Position numbers and translations under genes: made by a program
In this document: one piece after another, positions 19,107 to 28,762 of the stretch
Numbering within the stretch: position 1 is the first letter of the stretch
Layout: every line of letters starts with the position of its first letter
DNA from: a virus
Reading direction: 5' to 3' (one strand)
DNA length: 41,584 bases
IMG/VR virus record: IMGVR_UViG_3300019487_000017
Notes under the pieces: model-generated
Seen by the model: only the letters and a program-made list of their open reading frames with translations
Told to the model about the DNA's origin: nothing
Databases searched by the model: none

Positions 19107-19736
19107 ATGCATACTTATGATGCTCCTACTTATGTAAAGAATGTTATAGATTGGGATTATTTTTATTGTTATCTATGCGGTCCCATTGATTTTGATCCTC
19201 AAGGAGGGACAGACTGGAGAAATAAATGGACTGATGAATTAGAATCTATTGGTTTTAAGAGAAAACAAATTCTTTCTCCCACAAAAAAGCCATTAGTTGG
19301 AACTCCATTTGATATGGATAACGAAGCGGAATTGATTAGAAAATATAGAGATGTGGAAGATTATGAAAATTTAGAAAAAATAGCAGGCGAGATAATGCAC
19401 ATTGATCTCAGGCTAGTAGATAAGAGTGATTTGATTCTTGCTCATTTTCCTCTAGATTCTAAGGGCAATCGGATATTTACTGTGGGAACGATTCATGAGA
19501 TAGTTGTTGCAAGACAACAACGTAAACCAGTTATGGTAGTTTGGCAAGGTGGTAAAAAGACAGCTTCAGCATGGCTTATGAGGTTGGTTCATCATGGTAA
19601 TATATTTGATGATTTTGCTTCTTTGAAGAATTCATTATCAAGTATTGCTAACGGTGAAAAGGCTTATAACGCAAAAGACTGGTTATTATTGGATTTAGAC
19701 AAACATTATAAAGAAAGGAACAGGACATGCAAGTAA
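19107..19736 (+). CDS. nucleoside 2-deoxyribosyltransferase-like / nucleotide N-glycosidase
   Basis: YLCGPID, DWR, DLRLVDKSD, GTIHEI..A....KPV. Confidence 0.75.
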   Translation: MHTYDAPTYVKNVIDWDYFYCYLCGPIDFDPQGGTDWRNKWTDELESIGFKRKQILSPTKKPLVGTPFDMDNEAELIRKYRDVEDYENLEKIAGEIMHIDLRLVDKSDLILAHFPLDSKGNRIFTVGTIHEIVVARQQRKPVMVVWQGGKKTASAWLMRLVHHGNIFDDFASLKNSLSSIANGEKAYNAKDWLLLDLDKHYKERNRTCK

Positions 19737-20176
19737 CGCCGGAATATGAAGAAGCAACAGAATTTAAAATGTTGGCAAAAGAAATTGTTAAGAAACATGA
19801 CGTGAAATTTGCTGGTATCGATCTTGAATTAATTAAAGCAGTTATGATAGTTAATAAGGATCGTAGTGAGAGTAATGATAAGTATTATGATATCATTACA
19901 GTAAAAGAGCCAGTTAGATCAGATTGTCCTTTTGCTTTTTATATTGTTATTTATCAATCTGATTGGGAAGGCTTTGATAAAAAACATAAGCTTTTACTGA
20001 TTTCAAAAGCCCTTTGCGCTATCCCATTAGACTCAGATGGTGAAATGGAAGAAGGTTGTGTTAATTCACCAGATATGAAGGATTTTGCAACAATGCTTAG
20101 GACTTTTGGACCGGATTATCTTATCAAAGATGATGTTCCAGATATCCTTTTAGACGATATTAAATGGAAAGATTAG
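19727..20176 (+). CDS. phage metallopeptidase-like protein (PF18894-like), lacking HExxH
   Basis: FYIVIYQSDW...KLLLISKALCAI...PD..DF..MLRTFG. Confidence 0.55.
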   Translation: MQVTPEYEEATEFKMLAKEIVKKHDVKFAGIDLELIKAVMIVNKDRSESNDKYYDIITVKEPVRSDCPFAFYIVIYQSDWEGFDKKHKLLLISKALCAIPLDSDGEMEEGCVNSPDMKDFATMLRTFGPDYLIKDDVPDILLDDIKWKD

Positions 20177-20195
20177 TATATTAAGGAGATTTACA

Positions 20196-20627
20196 ATGAG
20201 ATATCAATTATGTTCACGCGATGAATACGGTCAAAGTCAGATTCTTGCAACTAGCTCAAATTTAGAGGCTATATTAAAGCAAGCTGACACACAGCTTTAT
20301 AATGACAATTTGGATAATATCTTCTCTTTAGAAGAAAAATCCAGAAATTGGGAGAGCTGTTTTATCGAATTGGTAGATAAAGATTCTAATGAAACTGTAG
20401 AGGATGCTGTGTATGCTGGCACTGTTGGCGGAAAATCAACCGTACAACGGTTGAAAACCAAAGAGACTCTACAATTAGCTGATTGTGATGTGAAAACCCG
20501 TATTTTGATTGGCACGTACAATAAGAAAAAATGTTATGCCAAAGATGAATATGGTCGCGAAATTACCAGTTTAAATAGTGGCGCGATGCAGGGTAAGACT
20601 GTATATTTTCTTAAAGTAATAGATTAA
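20196..20627 (+). CDS. hypothetical protein
   Basis: AAGGAG RBS, 143 aa ORF. Confidence 0.75.
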   Translation: MRYQLCSRDEYGQSQILATSSNLEAILKQADTQLYNDNLDNIFSLEEKSRNWESCFIELVDKDSNETVEDAVYAGTVGGKSTVQRLKTKETLQLADCDVKTRILIGTYNKKKCYAKDEYGREITSLNSGAMQGKTVYFLKVID

Positions 20628-20644
20628 GCATAGATCGGTTAAAT

Positions 20645-21466
20645 ATGGTTGCAAATAACATAATAATTGGGATTGCTGGTAAAAAGCAATCTGGTAAATC
20701 TAGCCTGTGTAAATTTATTGAAGCTTGGTTTCATGTAACTAAGAAATCCTTAAATTATAATATATTACAGGAAGTTAATGGAGATATTTCATTATTTCCA
20801 GAAAATGAGCAACCTTTACCAGAGCATAAGGTTAATTTTGTTCCTGAATTAGGGAATATTAAGATATATAGCTTTGCGGATTCTTTGAAAAAGATGTGTA
20901 TTGATATTCTTGGATTGCCAGAAATTGCTTGTTATGGTACTGATACTGATAAGAATGCTCCGACAAAATATCTCTGGAATACTCTTCCACTTGGTATTAG
21001 AACAAAGTACAGCAATAAAACCGAGATATTAGAAACAGGTATTGTTGAAACGTCAGATGGACCTGCTAAGGCTATTGAAACTTTTATAGTTCCTCGTACT
21101 GGACAGATGACAGGACGTGAGATAATGCAGGTAATGGGAACAGATATATTCAGAGATATGTTTAGTCCAGAAGTTTGGGTAGAGGCTACCTTTCGTTTAA
21201 TCAAATCTGAAAACTATCCGTTAGCATTAGTAGCGGATTGTAGATTCCCGTCAGAAGTAGATTCAATAATAAATAATGGTGGGTATATTATTCGTTTAGA
21301 TAGAGTGTTTGATAATACCGATACGCATCCTAGCGAAACAGCATTAGATAATTATCCGTTTGAAAAGTTAGGTAGTAAGTGTTTGATAATTCGTAATAAT
21401 CGAATAGAAATAAATGAAAAGAATCAATTAGCCGCTGATTGGCTTGGTAAGATTCTTATCAAATAA
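20645..21466 (+). CDS. deoxynucleoside monophosphate kinase (T4 gp1-like)
   Basis: GIAGKKQSGKS, SFADSLK, REIMQVMGTD, DCRFPSE, HPSE. Confidence 0.85.
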   Translation: MVANNIIIGIAGKKQSGKSSLCKFIEAWFHVTKKSLNYNILQEVNGDISLFPENEQPLPEHKVNFVPELGNIKIYSFADSLKKMCIDILGLPEIACYGTDTDKNAPTKYLWNTLPLGIRTKYSNKTEILETGIVETSDGPAKAIETFIVPRTGQMTGREIMQVMGTDIFRDMFSPEVWVEATFRLIKSENYPLALVADCRFPSEVDSIINNGGYIIRLDRVFDNTDTHPSETALDNYPFEKLGSKCLIIRNNRIEINEKNQLAADWLGKILIK

Positions 21467-21494
21467 ACACCAATTTGCAATTTTAAGGAAAGAC

Positions 21495-22649
21495 ATGTCG
21501 GATAATTCTCTTTCAGTCAAATATAGACCCAGAAAACTAGAAGATGTAATAGGTCAACAAGTTCCTATTACAAGTATAACAAATGCATTTAAGAATAAAA
21601 CATTGCATCACGCATTAATATTTGCTGGCAAATATGGATGTGGTAAAACATCGATGGCAAGACTTTTAGCAGCAATGGAGAATTGCGAAAAAGGGGCAAG
21701 TTTAGAGCCTTGCGGAGAATGTGGCAATTGTCGCAGTATCTTTTCTGGAGAGTCAACTGACATAAAGGAACTGGATGTTGCCAGTAATGGTGGTATCGAT
21801 GATATTAGAGCGATTGCAAAAGAAATTAAATACGCTCCATTATCATGTAAAGTTAAATACGTGATCTTTGACGAAGCTCATCGTCTTACTGATGCTTCTG
21901 CTGAAGCGGCATTAAAGATGATAGAAGAGCCGCCTGAAAATGTTAGGTTTATTCTCTGTACGACAGATCCTCATCTTTTGAAAGATACAATTCATAGTCG
22001 TTGTATTACATTAAAATTCCATCAGGTCGGGTGGAATGAAATGTTTCTGAATCTTGAAAAAGTTGTTAAGCAAGAAAAGATTGAGATAGAAGATACAGCA
22101 CTCAAATTAGCAGCAAGATATGCAGATGGCAGCGTTAGAAACTCGCTAGTTAATTTACAATCTCTTGTGAATTTTGCAGGTGAACGTAAGATAACTGTAG
22201 ATGATGCCAAAAAAGTATTGGGCGCTGTAGACGATATAATGTTCTTTAAGCTCATTGATGCAGTTATTGGACCAAATATCGTATCTGGTGTTAAAATCAT
22301 TTCAGAGTTATTAAGAGATGGCAGGGATTATGTACAGGTTACAAACGCATTGTTTGGTCATTTAAGAAATTTAATGTTGTTTAAGACTTGTAGAGGGGAA
22401 GAAACATTTGGCTTAATGCCGGATGAAGTAAAAGCATTTAAAGAACAAGCAGCAAAGATATTTATTGAATCAATTATAGATATTATTGCGTTGTTGACAA
22501 ATGCCAATACAAATGTAAGAGTAAATTTAGATCCTCAATTTACACTAGAAACATTTCTGATCAACGCAGTAATAGCTCATAATAAAGTAGCTGCTAACAA
22601 AAAGAAAAAAGAAGCAGATAATAAAGAAAAGCCTAAAGTAGCTTCTTAA
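21495..22649 (+). CDS. dnaX: DNA polymerase III subunit gamma/tau (clamp loader ATPase)
   Basis: KYRP..LEDVIGQ, GKYGCGKTS, PCGECGNC, DEAH, LK.IEEPP, TIHSRC, GSVRN; start at ATG 21495 with AAGGA RBS. Confidence 0.93.
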   Translation: MSDNSLSVKYRPRKLEDVIGQQVPITSITNAFKNKTLHHALIFAGKYGCGKTSMARLLAAMENCEKGASLEPCGECGNCRSIFSGESTDIKELDVASNGGIDDIRAIAKEIKYAPLSCKVKYVIFDEAHRLTDASAEAALKMIEEPPENVRFILCTTDPHLLKDTIHSRCITLKFHQVGWNEMFLNLEKVVKQEKIEIEDTALKLAARYADGSVRNSLVNLQSLVNFAGERKITVDDAKKVLGAVDDIMFFKLIDAVIGPNIVSGVKIISELLRDGRDYVQVTNALFGHLRNLMLFKTCRGEETFGLMPDEVKAFKEQAAKIFIESIIDIIALLTNANTNVRVNLDPQFTLETFLINAVIAHNKVAANKKKKEADNKEKPKVAS

Positions 22650-22720
22650 TAATCTTAAAGCCTATCTCTTGTTTGAGACGATTAATATGTGAAATATTAA
22701 CGTGGAAAACAGGAGAAAAT

Positions 22721-23437
22721 ATGGCAAAGAGATCGGGGAAGTCCTCGATCAGTAAAGGCAAAATTTATGAGGATATGGATTATGTCCAACTCATAAATAC
22801 TTATAAAGGCTCAACTGATCCATCATCACGCAATAGTATTTTTTTAGAAATAGAAAGGCGGATGAAAGATCGTATAAGATATACCATGTCTCGATATAAT
22901 ATCCCTGGTTCTAGAAGAGAGGATATTTATCAAGAATGTTTATATGCGCTTGTATTTAAAGCAATAAAAGATTACGATCCAGAGAGAGGAAATGGAACAG
23001 GACCATTTCCTTTTGAAGTTTTTGCAGATCTATGTATAGTACGTCATTTATCAACAAAAAGCAAATCAAATTATCAGAAAAAGAATAAAGTATGGATGTC
23101 AACTGTATCTTTAGACCAAAGTAGAGGGGATGTAGGAGATGATAATTTATTTCTTGTAGATATAATACCAGAAACAGAAGGAAATCTATTAGAAGAGATT
23201 TCTAAAAACGATTATGCCAAAACAGTTTTAAAGAAGATATACGAAAAATTATCTCCCTTTGAGCAAAAAGTCTTTTTATTATTTCTTCAAAAGAACTCTT
23301 ATTCTGAGATTTGTGACAAACTATATAAGAAACTACTAGATATAAAACAACGTAAAAGAGCGGTTAAGAGCATAGATAATGCTATAATGCGCATAAAGAC
23401 AAAAGCAAAAACAATAAAACAACAATATGGAAAATAA
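22721..23437 (+). CDS. sigH: RNA polymerase sigma factor, SigH-like
   Basis: EDIYQE...KAIKDY, FEVFADLCIVRH, VSLD, LSPFEQKV...SYSEI, KSIDNAIMRIK parallel Bacillus SigH; AGGAG RBS before ATG 22721. Confidence 0.8.
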   Translation: MAKRSGKSSISKGKIYEDMDYVQLINTYKGSTDPSSRNSIFLEIERRMKDRIRYTMSRYNIPGSRREDIYQECLYALVFKAIKDYDPERGNGTGPFPFEVFADLCIVRHLSTKSKSNYQKKNKVWMSTVSLDQSRGDVGDDNLFLVDIIPETEGNLLEEISKNDYAKTVLKKIYEKLSPFEQKVFLLFLQKNSYSEICDKLYKKLLDIKQRKRAVKSIDNAIMRIKTKAKTIKQQYGK

Positions 23438-23855
23438 AAGTCTTGAAGAGCAGAATTGTATTTTACAAAGAAAATTGGCGGAAACCGAAAGCAGAATAGC
23501 ATCAAGATTTATAAAAATATCTGAAGAAACTTTGCCAAAAGAATTATCGAGAATTCTTATTGAAAAAATTACAGAGAAAAGCAATTTAGATATATTACAA
23601 GTAGAAAGAGATATAGCATCAGACGCTAAATATACTGCCAGTATTTTGCAAAATATATACGTGGCTGGTGCTAAGTATCAAACAGCTTATAATAATTATA
23701 TATCGATTCAGAATGCAATAGATGTTCCAGTTAAAGAACTAGAAAAATTACATACAGAAGAGATTGTGATGCGCGAGAGATTATTTTCATTATTGAATGA
23801 AGCGCGTATCAAAATGGAACCAATGATAGATAAAAGTTTAGACTTTACCTCTTAA
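23427..23855 (+). CDS. hypothetical protein
   Basis: Helical ORF overlapping the sigma factor stop. Confidence 0.65.
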   Translation: MENKSLEEQNCILQRKLAETESRIASRFIKISEETLPKELSRILIEKITEKSNLDILQVERDIASDAKYTASILQNIYVAGAKYQTAYNNYISIQNAIDVPVKELEKLHTEEIVMRERLFSLLNEARIKMEPMIDKSLDFTS

Positions 23856-23862
23856 ATATCAT

Positions 23863-24789
23863 ATGGAATCTTATTTTTACCCATCCAATCTATTACCTGC
23901 ATCGCCGGTAGAACATACCTATCGCAATGTTTGGATTAGAGATCTTTACTATATAGGTATATGCTCTCCAGATTCAATTCGAATGAAATTATGGAGGGGA
24001 ATGGTAGATATACTTGACAGATATGAGTGGAAACTATCATTACACTCAAAACAAAAGCCTAAGTTAGCATATGAATATATGCATGTTAGATATGCCCCAG
24101 ATGGCACAGAAATTCATGAAGGCTGGAGACATAAACAATGGGACGCAATTGCTAATTGGTTAGAAGTGTGCCTGGAATTAGAAAGATTAGATTTGGCTTC
24201 TTTATTAGTTGATTATCTTTTATGTATACGTTATTACAAAAATCCATCTGCAACTGCCTGGGAAGATACCAATATCTTTGACAGTTACTCTCTGGCAGCA
24301 GTTATTTCTGCCCTACAAAAAGCAAAATATAAGCTTCCACATCAAAAACAAAAAATTGATCGCATGGTTCAAAAAGGAATAAACAAATTATATTCATTAT
24401 TGCCCTATGCAAGTCGTGGCAGAAAAGTTTGTTTATCTTTATTAGGAGTTATCTGGCCCTGTGATTGTGCCGGACCCTATAAACAAGACATTATACATTT
24501 AGTCAAATCTAAATTAATGCGAGAACCATTTGGATTTATTAGATACCAAGGTGACGTATACGATGGTGAAGGATTCACCAGGCATAAAGGAACAGAGATC
24601 CCTTGGTTGTTAGGTGATTTATGGATGGCTAAAATAGAGCCTGATAATCCTTTTTGGATTAATCGAGCAAAAACGGCTTATGCTCATTTTGGCTGTATGC
24701 CAGAAGCATATTTTCCAGAAACCATGAAACCTAATAGAAATACGCCATTACTGTGGGCTGAAGCGATTTATCGCAGTTTGGTCAGTTAA
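23863..24789 (+). CDS. glycoside hydrolase family 15-like (alpha/alpha)6 protein
   Basis: VWIRD, QWDA, WE, IRYQGDVY, MPEAY, TPLLWAEA. Confidence 0.7.
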   Translation: MESYFYPSNLLPASPVEHTYRNVWIRDLYYIGICSPDSIRMKLWRGMVDILDRYEWKLSLHSKQKPKLAYEYMHVRYAPDGTEIHEGWRHKQWDAIANWLEVCLELERLDLASLLVDYLLCIRYYKNPSATAWEDTNIFDSYSLAAVISALQKAKYKLPHQKQKIDRMVQKGINKLYSLLPYASRGRKVCLSLLGVIWPCDCAGPYKQDIIHLVKSKLMREPFGFIRYQGDVYDGEGFTRHKGTEIPWLLGDLWMAKIEPDNPFWINRAKTAYAHFGCMPEAYFPETMKPNRNTPLLWAEAIYRSLVS

Positions 24790-24797
24790 GGAAGTAT

Positions 24798-25085
24798 ATG
24801 CCAAAGATTATAAAACATGTATATAGAATATGCTTTCATCCAATTTTTGAAGAAGCAGAAGTTCCAGTAACTCATTTAGATGAAATTCCCTATGAATGTG
24901 TCGGAGTTATAGCTTCTAGTTTGGAAAGCGCAATTGAAAAAGTAAAACAAAATTATGTCGGACAAGAGCTTGACGGTTGGATAGACGATTCTGAACAGGA
25001 AGAATGGAAAGGTAAATCATCAAGAATAGTTGATGATGTTATTATATTATCGGGCGAGTACGTTTCTTCTATAGATGTAGATTAA
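24798..25085 (+). CDS. hypothetical acidic protein
   Basis: AAGGA RBS; TAATG coupling to the next gene. Confidence 0.65.
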   Translation: MPKIIKHVYRICFHPIFEEAEVPVTHLDEIPYECVGVIASSLESAIEKVKQNYVGQELDGWIDDSEQEEWKGKSSRIVDDVIILSGEYVSSIDVD

Positions 25086-25759
25086 TGATGAAAAACACTG
25101 AAGACAAAGAAATTTTAATACAAACTACCAAGGCTGCAATTTTAGACGCTACACAAAGAATTGTGGTTCTTATTGAAGAAATTGAAAATCCAAAGATTCA
25201 GAAGGCAGCTAAACATGCTTTGTCAGATAAAAGATTTTATTATTGGCCTGCATCAGTCAGCAGATCTAAACATCATGCCTATTTTGGCGGGTTGATTGTT
25301 CATACCGTGGAGGTCATGAAATTAGCAAAGGCAATGAGTCTATCTTCTGCAGTTAAATCTTCATTAGATATTGTCTTATGTGCTGCGGTGTGGCATGATT
25401 TTGGAAAGATTGCAGATTATAATATAAAAGAAACAGAATCTGATAATCTTGATATATATAAAAATACGTTATTTATGGATATCCCCTATTACACAGAAGT
25501 GCGACCAGCAGATAATTTCTGGGAATATTCATGGCATCATGACCATATTCGTCATGTATCATTATCTTATGCCAAATGGCTCGAAGCATCCGGTAAATGT
25601 GATATACCAGTAACAACTGTTGAACATATTTCTCATTGTATTTTATCGCATCATGGACGTAAGGAATGGGGAAGTCCTATTGAACCGCAAACAGTAGAAG
25701 CCCAGATTTTACATTCTGCTGATTTTATCAGTTCTCGTTTCGGTTGTAACAAAATCTAG
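25085..25759 (+). CDS. HD-domain phosphohydrolase, YhaM-like
   Basis: PAS...HHAYFGGLIVHT, WHDFGK, HCILSHHG..EWGSP..P.T.EA.ILH.AD; lacks the YhaM OB fold. Confidence 0.85.
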   Translation: MMKNTEDKEILIQTTKAAILDATQRIVVLIEEIENPKIQKAAKHALSDKRFYYWPASVSRSKHHAYFGGLIVHTVEVMKLAKAMSLSSAVKSSLDIVLCAAVWHDFGKIADYNIKETESDNLDIYKNTLFMDIPYYTEVRPADNFWEYSWHHDHIRHVSLSYAKWLEASGKCDIPVTTVEHISHCILSHHGRKEWGSPIEPQTVEAQILHSADFISSRFGCNKI

Positions 25760-25813
25760 TTTCTAGTGAATGAATATCTCTTATTATAGTTTAAAAGGAA
25801 ATGAAAGGTTAAC

Positions 25814-27073
25814 ATGGCTGTATCAATTGAAATGGAATTTTCTGCTAAAGTTGGTCCACTTCGTATGGCACTAGCAGCACCTTTGGATATCGCAACCAAA
25901 GGTATTATCAAAACTCATAAAGACGCAAATCACATTACTTTTCAATCAAAGGATGATAAAGTAATCGTCAGAGCTAATGGCGGTAGGATGTCTTGCGAGG
26001 TTGAAATAGGCGATATGAACGTAACCGATTTGACATTTAAATCCGAAACTGAAGGCAAAGCTACTTTTAGTGCTGTGGATTTTGCGCGATGTCTAGAATC
26101 ATTTTCAGATTCAGATATAGTTGTATTTGCTGCAACGGAATCTGAATTGAAAATAACAAAATCTGATGATAAAGAAGTATTTCAGGTTCTTCCTATTGCC
26201 AAAGATCTTGAAGTAACAATTCCTAAGCTTGCTACAAAGTATCAGAAGGATATTAAAATTGATAGACTAACATTACTTGATGGATTAAAGAATGTTGGCT
26301 GGGGTGCCGCTTTTGAAGAACATCAGGAAGAATATTATTACGTTAGGTTAACAGTTAATGAAACTTCATCTGAATTTGTAGCTGGAACCGGCGGGCGTTT
26401 TGTTGTGTGGTCCATGTCTGGACCAGCTGTGTCAAGTGCAAAAGATAAAACTGAGTTTCTTCTTCATAAAGATCAGATCCCAGTAATATCTGCAATCCTC
26501 TCTAAAGTATCGGATACTGTAGTAAAGGTTCGTCAAGCGAATCAGGACGGTAATGCTCCAGCACAAATTGTAGTTGAAGCAGATTATTTCAAGGTGGTCA
26601 TTGTTGGATTTAATACTGATATCAAGTATGCTCCAGTTGATGGGATACTGAAGGCTAAGCGCCCTTATGCGATTGAAACCAAGATAGAGGATTGGGGTTT
26701 GGTTTCAAAGGGCTTACTTGCAACATTTAATGCTGAATTCAAGCAAGCATTTGACGCACATGAATCGGATATTGAACCCCGGATTACTAAAAATTACATC
26801 ATGTTTACATCCAAAGGGAACATGAAAGCGCAGCGTAAAGTACCAATTATTTCTGTAAAGCGTAAGGGGGATAAAGAAGATGGTTTGGAATTCCGCTGTA
26901 GCACAATGTATCTGGGAGAAATCTCTTCAAAATATTCCAAGGAAGATGTCATTTCTTTTGAATATACCGATGATGAAAATGGATTGGTTTATGTTGTTGG
27001 ACCTGAGAAAACAAATTCTTCGCGCGGAACAACAGAACAAATGATTATCTTTATGGCTTCTATTAAAGAGTAG
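25814..27073 (+). CDS. dnaN: DNA polymerase III beta sliding clamp-like protein (divergent)
   Basis: About 420 aa with three alpha/beta repeats; VAGTGGRF resembles the clamp VATDG.RL, and YAPVDGIL resembles YP.Y..VI; lies near dnaX and a holA-like gene. Confidence 0.6.
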   Translation: MAVSIEMEFSAKVGPLRMALAAPLDIATKGIIKTHKDANHITFQSKDDKVIVRANGGRMSCEVEIGDMNVTDLTFKSETEGKATFSAVDFARCLESFSDSDIVVFAATESELKITKSDDKEVFQVLPIAKDLEVTIPKLATKYQKDIKIDRLTLLDGLKNVGWGAAFEEHQEEYYYVRLTVNETSSEFVAGTGGRFVVWSMSGPAVSSAKDKTEFLLHKDQIPVISAILSKVSDTVVKVRQANQDGNAPAQIVVEADYFKVVIVGFNTDIKYAPVDGILKAKRPYAIETKIEDWGLVSKGLLATFNAEFKQAFDAHESDIEPRITKNYIMFTSKGNMKAQRKVPIISVKRKGDKEDGLEFRCSTMYLGEISSKYSKEDVISFEYTDDENGLVYVVGPEKTNSSRGTTEQMIIFMASIKE

Positions 27074-27075
27074 TT

Positions 27076-27378
27076 ATGAATAAGAATAAATATAATTTAA
27101 AAACGTTTCCAACTACATTAGTGTGGTTTAGGGAAGATTATTGGTCTAATAATGAAAGGGTCTTAGTTGTTGGTGTTTTCTGCACGGGCATATTATTAGC
27201 AAACAGTCGTACAATCGAATGGGATAGATTAAATTCCAATGGATTCAAATATCAACTGTCGTTTGATAATGGTTTAACATGGTATTATGTTAACGGATTG
27301 TTAGATCCAGACAAATATTGTGGTATTAATGGGATAGCATGGGATCAGATACAAAACAAGCTAATGTCTGTTGGTTAA
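27076..27378 (+). CDS. hypothetical protein
   Basis: 100 aa ORF filling the gap on the coding strand. Confidence 0.55.
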   Translation: MNKNKYNLKTFPTTLVWFREDYWSNNERVLVVGVFCTGILLANSRTIEWDRLNSNGFKYQLSFDNGLTWYYVNGLLDPDKYCGINGIAWDQIQNKLMSVG

Positions 27379-28505
27379 CAGGCAATTATCATGATAGAAA
27401 GCGGATCATTAATAAGGTTAAAGATCTGCTTTCTTCACATGGCGAATTAGAATGTGTAGTTTGTGATAACGAAACTCCTTTAGTCCGTTTACAATCGTTA
27501 ATTTCTCGAAGAGGCTGTTTTGAAAAGCAACGACTTATTATCTTAAATGATTGGCCTGATACCACAATCTCCAACGCCACATTGTATAATAAGTTTCTTA
27601 AGATGTGCGAATTGGTGCCAGAGGGTGTGGTCCTGATTTGCAATAATCTTAAAACTGATGCAAAAAAATTCTTAGAAGGAATAAACGCTATAGCTAAGGT
27701 TTATTCATTTGAAGAAGAGATGTGGCAGAACCAAGCTGATGCTTGGGTAGTAGTAGAAATGTCTCGTAGGGAAAAAGAGATCTCGACTAGTAATGCTTCT
27801 ATAATTACATCTGCAGTTGGTACAACTGAGAGTGGCTACATGGTAAGTATAGACAAGCTACATGCAATGTGTAGCTTGTTATCGTTTTATGTTGGAAAGA
27901 GAAAAAGCATAACTAAAGAAGATGTGGTTGCTGTTTGCGCTGATTCATCTAGTTTTGTTATTTGGAATCTGTATAATCATTTAGATGCAAAAGATTACAT
28001 TTCATCTATTAAGATGTTAAATCATAGGGCAAATGTATCTAAAACAGCACGTACATTTGCAGAACAAGTGTTACATTCTATGATATGGAGATATAGGATA
28101 CTCTTTTTTGCAAAAGAAGCAACGTCCTCAAATATGACAATGACAGATGTTATCGCTAGCGCCTCAGAATGGTACAAGATTAAAAAGACAGGATCAGGGT
28201 TAAGCTGTAAATGTACATATGATTTAACTGAAAAAGATAATCGTCCAAAGCCGATATATAATCAGAAGGTAATTGAAAAGTTATTTGATGGTAAGTATAG
28301 AAAACCGCCAGTAGTTTCATATTCAAGGCAATCTACTTATAGAATTTTGCAAATTTTAGAGAGAGCTTTGCAAAGGGTAAGATATGGATGTACAGAAAAT
28401 GAGATTATAATTCTTTTAGATACTGTTGTAATGCTAATCTGTGGCAAGATAGATTACGATATGTTAGATAAGGCTTGGAGAACAAACTATGGAGCGATAT
28501 GCTGA
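27339..28505 (+). CDS. holA: DNA polymerase III delta subunit-like
   Basis: N-terminal WLTG, F...RLIIL, IDKL, IT.EDV..V......IW.L...L follow the HolA layout. Confidence 0.65.
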   Translation: MGSDTKQANVCWLTGNYHDRKRIINKVKDLLSSHGELECVVCDNETPLVRLQSLISRRGCFEKQRLIILNDWPDTTISNATLYNKFLKMCELVPEGVVLICNNLKTDAKKFLEGINAIAKVYSFEEEMWQNQADAWVVVEMSRREKEISTSNASIITSAVGTTESGYMVSIDKLHAMCSLLSFYVGKRKSITKEDVVAVCADSSSFVIWNLYNHLDAKDYISSIKMLNHRANVSKTARTFAEQVLHSMIWRYRILFFAKEATSSNMTMTDVIASASEWYKIKKTGSGLSCKCTYDLTEKDNRPKPIYNQKVIEKLFDGKYRKPPVVSYSRQSTYRILQILERALQRVRYGCTENEIIILLDTVVMLICGKIDYDMLDKAWRTNYGAIC

Positions 28506-28752
28506 AACAGATAAAGTACGCAAGATGATGCTTGCTTGTACTGGACAAATGTTAGAAATTGAAAAAGTTATGGAAGCTTATGTTGCTTTTCCAAATGAAG
28601 AAAACGCTCAAGAGCTTTCAAATCAAGTAGATAACCTTGAAACATCCATTCAAAATCTAAAATTAAATTTGGCTATGGTAGTAAAACAAGCTAATGGTGT
28701 TAATGACGAGATTGTAGTTGCCCAAACTGAAAACGGCATTCTGTTGAAATAA
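28489..28752 (+). CDS. hypothetical coiled-coil protein
   Basis: GGAG RBS; heptad pattern. Confidence 0.65.
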   Translation: MERYAETDKVRKMMLACTGQMLEIEKVMEAYVAFPNEENAQELSNQVDNLETSIQNLKLNLAMVVKQANGVNDEIVVAQTENGILLK

Positions 28753-28762
28753 GGATATAATT

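Noticed and set aside
22598-22611. Possible dnaX -1 frameshift site (AAAAAAG)
   Set aside because: Not in the A-AAA-AAG register, lies near the stop codon, and no stimulatory hairpin is seen.
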